From assembly GCA_016432485.1 (NCBI GenBank), contig CP066691.1, positions 676,944-740,943 of the forward strand: a stretch of DNA of 64,000 bases, given 5' to 3'. A model generated the notes under the pieces. That model made no database searches. It was not told where the DNA came from and worked only from the letters and a program-made list of their open reading frames with translations. Source of the stretch: Candidatus Niyogibacteria bacterium. Its GTDB lineage: Bacteria; Patescibacteriota; Minisyncoccia; HO2-45-28. Numbering within the stretch: position 1 is the stretch's first letter; each line of letters opens with the position of its first letter. Below are positions 60,187 through 64,000 of this stretch, one piece after another. The translations under genes were made by a program, and so were the position numbers.

Positions 60187-61512
60187 GTGGTTAAAGAGTT
60201 TATGACGGAACTGGATATTTTAGGCGAGAACTCGGCGGCGAAAGAACGCCTTGAAAAGCTTTTTGGAGCCGGGCGCGACAAAAGACTATCCGCTAAAATT
60301 TCAGCCCTTGAATCATTCGATGATCTTTTAAATAGAGACAAGAAACGCGAAGATGACGGATTTAAGCCGAAAATAAAATTCAGGAGAATACTTGTTGGTC
60401 CGAATAAGATAATCGTGGTTCCGTATGTTGAGGAAGAACAATTTGTGCATGGAGAATTTGAGCCAACGAACATAGCTCAGCTTTCTCAATTGTCGGATGA
60501 AAAAGAAAAAGATATTGGGGAAACGATTGGACACGGCGACGGCGAAATCGGGGATATAATCAGGGAAGAGCCTTTGCGCGATTCCGGCGGCGACGGAGAC
60601 GGTGACGGAGATGGACAGGACCCCGGTAAAAACGCGGGCCAGGAGTCGGGCGATCATGGATTTGAAGAAGAGGCCTATGAAGCGGGTAAAAAACGAATGG
60701 AACAGCTTCAGCTTCCCAATACTAAAGAAAAACGTAAAAAGATTCCGACAGACGAGTATGTTTATGACCTGATCGACAGGCATAAGGGCTCGGGCCAGCT
60801 TTTGGACAAAAAAGAAACTTTAAAGAGAATTGTCCGCACAAATATTTTTCTCGGACGAATTAACGAGGATAATCTTGACCCGTCAAAGATGATAGTGGGT
60901 CCGCAAGACAAAGTTTTTCGCGTGCTTTCAAGAGAAAGGGTCTGGAAGTCGCAGGCGGTTGTCTTTTTCCTCCGGGACTATTCCGGTTCAATGTATGGCG
61001 AACCGACAAGAGCGCTTATTTCACAGCATTTGGATATATACGGCTGGCTTTTGGTTCAGTATGAAAGAATGGTTGTGCCGAGATTCGTAGTTCACGATAC
61101 TGAGGCCAAAGAAGTTTCCGCTCGTCAGTATTTTAAGCTTAGTTCTGGCGGAGGAACATCAATCATTTCCGGATACAAAAAAATAAATGAAATTGTTGAA
61201 GGCGAAAGTTTGGATAAAGACTATAACGTTTACGTGTTTCAAGGCACTGATGGCGATGACTGGGTAAAAGGCAGCGGGCAGACTCTTGCGGAACTTAAGA
61301 AAATTCTTGGATATGTGAATCGGATGGGTGTTACGGTTTTTAAGCATCCTTATCATATCGCGAACGGCAGAAAAACAACCTTTGAGGAATATATTGAAGA
61401 GGGAGGAATCTTGCAGGAGCGCGACGTTTTCAGAATGCATGTTATGTCAAGCGAGGAGGTGACTGAAGAGATGAATATTGAAGCGATAAAAGCGCTTGTG
61501 GATCAGGATTAA
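60187..61512 (+). CDS. YeaH/YhbH (DUF444) vWA-like protein
   Basis: Gly/Asp linker, DYSGSM MIDAS, SGGGT, YVFQGTDGD; GTG start after AAGGAGG. Confidence 0.88.
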   Translation: MVKEFMTELDILGENSAAKERLEKLFGAGRDKRLSAKISALESFDDLLNRDKKREDDGFKPKIKFRRILVGPNKIIVVPYVEEEQFVHGEFEPTNIAQLSQLSDEKEKDIGETIGHGDGEIGDIIREEPLRDSGGDGDGDGDGQDPGKNAGQESGDHGFEEEAYEAGKKRMEQLQLPNTKEKRKKIPTDEYVYDLIDRHKGSGQLLDKKETLKRIVRTNIFLGRINEDNLDPSKMIVGPQDKVFRVLSRERVWKSQAVVFFLRDYSGSMYGEPTRALISQHLDIYGWLLVQYERMVVPRFVVHDTEAKEVSARQYFKLSSGGGTSIISGYKKINEIVEGESLDKDYNVYVFQGTDGDDWVKGSGQTLAELKKILGYVNRMGVTVFKHPYHIANGRKTTFEEYIEEGGILQERDVFRMHVMSSEEVTEEMNIEAIKALVDQD

Positions 61513-61518
61513 GGAGGA

Positions 61519-63213
61519 ATGAACATGAAGCTCTTAGATCCGGCGGCAAAAAAAGATATGGAGGAATGCAAAAAAAGAGCCAGAGCCGCGGGCTTGGTAT
61601 TTCCCGACGACACTCTGGAATATTTTGTTACCAACCGCGATATGCTTGAATTGAGTCCTAAAGTTATGATTCCGACTCTATATGACCACTGGATTCAGGA
61701 TCTTGAAGTGGTGAGAAGTAAATGGATTTATGAGGCCTTTCCGCATAACCCCTATGAAACAGTGATTAATACAAGGCCCCCGATTTCTTTTTATAACGCC
61801 GATAACGCTGACTGGCTGAATGTTATGATTTTTTATCATGTTTTGGCTCACATAGACTTTTTTCAGAATAATATATTTTTCCGAAAAACCTGGGACGATG
61901 ATTTTTGCGGGCAGGCTTTGGCCGACAAACGGCTAATTAACCACATAAGAAAGGAATTGGGAGCCGAAAAAAGATGGGTTGATTATGTCATTGAATTTTC
62001 GAGCGCCATCGGAAATCTCGTCGGCTATTACCCCGAACTGGAAGAAGCTTCAAGGCAAGATGCGCCGGAGGTTTTCGGGAGAGTTTCCGAAAAAACAGAC
62101 TTTTATTTCGGGCATTTTCTTAAGCAGCGTTATGAAGCAAAAGTCATTGATTTGAAATTCTTTTTTGACGAAGTGGAACGCCGTAATCTCTTTCTTAGGA
62201 ATCATGGACGAGAACGCGGAGAAGTCGCTTTCTTTGAAGATGACTATCTTAAAAGCAGGTTTCCGGAGTTTAATGACGTGTTTAGGAAGTGGAAGGAAAA
62301 GAATCATAAACCAAAGCCAAAAGACCTTTTTGAGCATCTCGCGGAAAACTCGGAATTTTTGAATAAAGAAAAAAACAGATGGATGAAAGACGTGCTCCAA
62401 GTGGTCAGAAGGACAAATCTTTATTTTCAGGCGCAGATAAGGACAAAAAATTGCAATGAGGGCTGGGCCAGTTTGTGGCACGAAAGGCTGTTTATACCGG
62501 ACGAAAGGATTAAAACCCGCGAAACGGATTATGCCAAGGTTAATGCCGGAGTCGTTGTTGATCCGAGGATCGGACTTAATCCTTATGCTTTCGGCAAGCA
62601 TATGCTTGAATTTATTGAAGATATGGCAAGGCGCGGAAAATTGTCTCGCGGATATCAGTTGATTAAAGACGCGGAAATAAGGAAACATTACAATTGCGGC
62701 TCCGGAGAAGGGTTTGCTAAAAAAGTTCTCTTTGAAGCCAGAAAATATTTTGACGACCGCCTGCTTTTGAATTTTCTTTCCGACGACGATTTTCAGGATT
62801 TTACGGACAAGCACAAGTTTTTTGTGGTTGGAGCTCGTCTCAGCCCCACGAAGTGGGGCATGGCTGAACTATATATCAAAAGCAAAAGCGGCATAGAATA
62901 TCGCAGACTGCTCAACAAGCATCTATATCATCCTCCGCATATCGTGATTGACGAAAAAAGGAGCGCGGACGGCGGGTTGTATCTTGTTCATGAGTATGAA
63001 GGCAGAACTTTGTTTACAAAGCATATTCCGGAGGTTTTAATCGGCCTTGAGTTTTTGAGCGGCGGATGTGTTGCCCTTGAGACAACCGAATACGAAGAAG
63101 TAAATATGAAGCCGCAGTGGAAACATTTTTGGGAAGGGACGGAGCCGGAATTTAAAAAGGAGCGAGTTCGTTATACTTGTAAAGATAAAGAAGTTGAAAG
63201 GACGGTTTTATAG
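61519..63213 (+). CDS. SpoVR/YcgB family protein
   Basis: YETVINT.P, HVLAH.DFF.NN, TK..NEGWAS.WH, NPY..G. Confidence 0.9.
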   Translation: MNMKLLDPAAKKDMEECKKRARAAGLVFPDDTLEYFVTNRDMLELSPKVMIPTLYDHWIQDLEVVRSKWIYEAFPHNPYETVINTRPPISFYNADNADWLNVMIFYHVLAHIDFFQNNIFFRKTWDDDFCGQALADKRLINHIRKELGAEKRWVDYVIEFSSAIGNLVGYYPELEEASRQDAPEVFGRVSEKTDFYFGHFLKQRYEAKVIDLKFFFDEVERRNLFLRNHGRERGEVAFFEDDYLKSRFPEFNDVFRKWKEKNHKPKPKDLFEHLAENSEFLNKEKNRWMKDVLQVVRRTNLYFQAQIRTKNCNEGWASLWHERLFIPDERIKTRETDYAKVNAGVVVDPRIGLNPYAFGKHMLEFIEDMARRGKLSRGYQLIKDAEIRKHYNCGSGEGFAKKVLFEARKYFDDRLLLNFLSDDDFQDFTDKHKFFVVGARLSPTKWGMAELYIKSKSGIEYRRLLNKHLYHPPHIVIDEKRSADGGLYLVHEYEGRTLFTKHIPEVLIGLEFLSGGCVALETTEYEEVNMKPQWKHFWEGTEPEFKKERVRYTCKDKEVERTVL

Positions 63214-63302
63214 ACGGAATGTTTGGGGTTGTCAAATTTGACAGCCCTCTTTATTTTTCGTAGAAATAAAAAGGAGTTTTACGCGAAAAGGAGGTTGTCA
63301 AA

Positions 63303-64000
63303 ATGGCGGATATTCAGGAAGCTCTTCAGTTTTTGGGGACCGAAGTTGATAGAAAGGATCAAAAGACTCTTTTGAGTTTTCCGGAATATCTGGAATATGT
63401 CTGCGAAAATCCGCAGATGGCCCTAAGAAATATTTTCAGATTGTTCTATGACATGGTCAAAGGCCGCGTCGTCGAAGAAGACGACGGACATCCGGACGAT
63501 CCCGAGTCAGTAGGATTTAAAAAATACGACTGCTCAAAATTGCTGGTTGAGGGTGCCGATAATCCGTTTTTTGCCGACCGTCTTTTTGCCAACAGATTTG
63601 TAAGACAGGTGGAAAGCTTGAGGCAGGGATTTCAGCAGAACAGAATTTATGTCTACGAGGGCCCTTCGGGATGCGGCAAGAGCACTTTCTTGAATAACCT
63701 TTTGAGGTCTTTTGAAGATTATATGAGGACGGACGAAGGCCGAACGTTTGAGATTATTTGGGAAATAGACGAGGCGGCTTTTCAGGTAGGGGCTACCCCG
63801 TCGGCAGACCAGAACCGTCGAAAATTAATTGTTCCTTGTCCGAACCACGATCATCCTATACTGATAATTCCGAAAGAGCACCGGGTAAAATTTGTTGAAA
63901 AGCTGTTGGAAAATTCTAAGGCAAAAAAGATAATTTTGACTGAAAAAGATTATGAGTGGCTTTTTAGAGAAGAGGTTTGCACGATTTGTAAATCAATTTT
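63303..64000 (+). CDS. Second PrkA-like AAA+ ATPase (partial, runs off window)
   Basis: Manual translation MADIQEAL...LSFPEYL...EGPSGCGKST; AGGAGG SD; not in the ORF track. Confidence 0.8.
   Translation, partial: MADIQEALQFLGTEVDRKDQKTLLSFPEYLEYVCENPQMALRNIFRLFYDMVKGRVVEEDDGHPDDPESVGFKKYDCSKLLVEGADNPFFADRLFANRFVRQVESLRQGFQQNRIYVYEGPSGCGKSTFLNNLLRSFEDYMRTDEGRTFEIIWEIDEAAFQVGATPSADQNRRKLIVPCPNHDHPILIIPKEHRVKFVEKLLENSKAKKIILTEKDYEWLFREEVCTICKSI

Noticed and set aside
60585-60617. GGCGAC-type repeat in the DUF444 gene
   Set aside because: Encodes the usual Gly/Asp linker of this family
1-64000. CRISPR array, prophage or IS transposase
   Set aside because: No regularly spaced repeats, cas, phage structural, integrase or transposase motifs seen

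Overview
Chromosomal window from a bacterium of moderate GC. Gene content and style point to Patescibacteria/CPR (Parcubacteria-like); this is an inference, not a database result. The backbone is housekeeping: tmRNA-smpB, argS, ileS, recO, glyQS, metG, tatD, leuS, glmS, tsaC, glyA-folD, dcd, parB, rel, dprA-topA, ftsH, tRNA-Leu(CAA) and tRNA-Ile(UAU). Many backbone genes look leaderless, and self-contained SD-led accessory genes are interleaved, including amino-acid catabolic enzymes and a PrkA-YeaH-SpoVR-PrkA2 cluster. Main unexplained signals: (1) an ORF-free, ~510-nt, heavily base-paired minus-strand RNA with its own promoter and terminator at ~27.8-28.3 kb; (2) one small hairpin element built onto both the tmRNA and tRNA-Leu 3' ends with target-matched repeats; (3) an integrase-free array of single-gene cassettes behind tRNA-Leu with recurring junction motifs; (4) short palindromes and heptamer tandem repeats inserted in frame inside conserved proteins. 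All calls are by eye from motifs; no searches were run.
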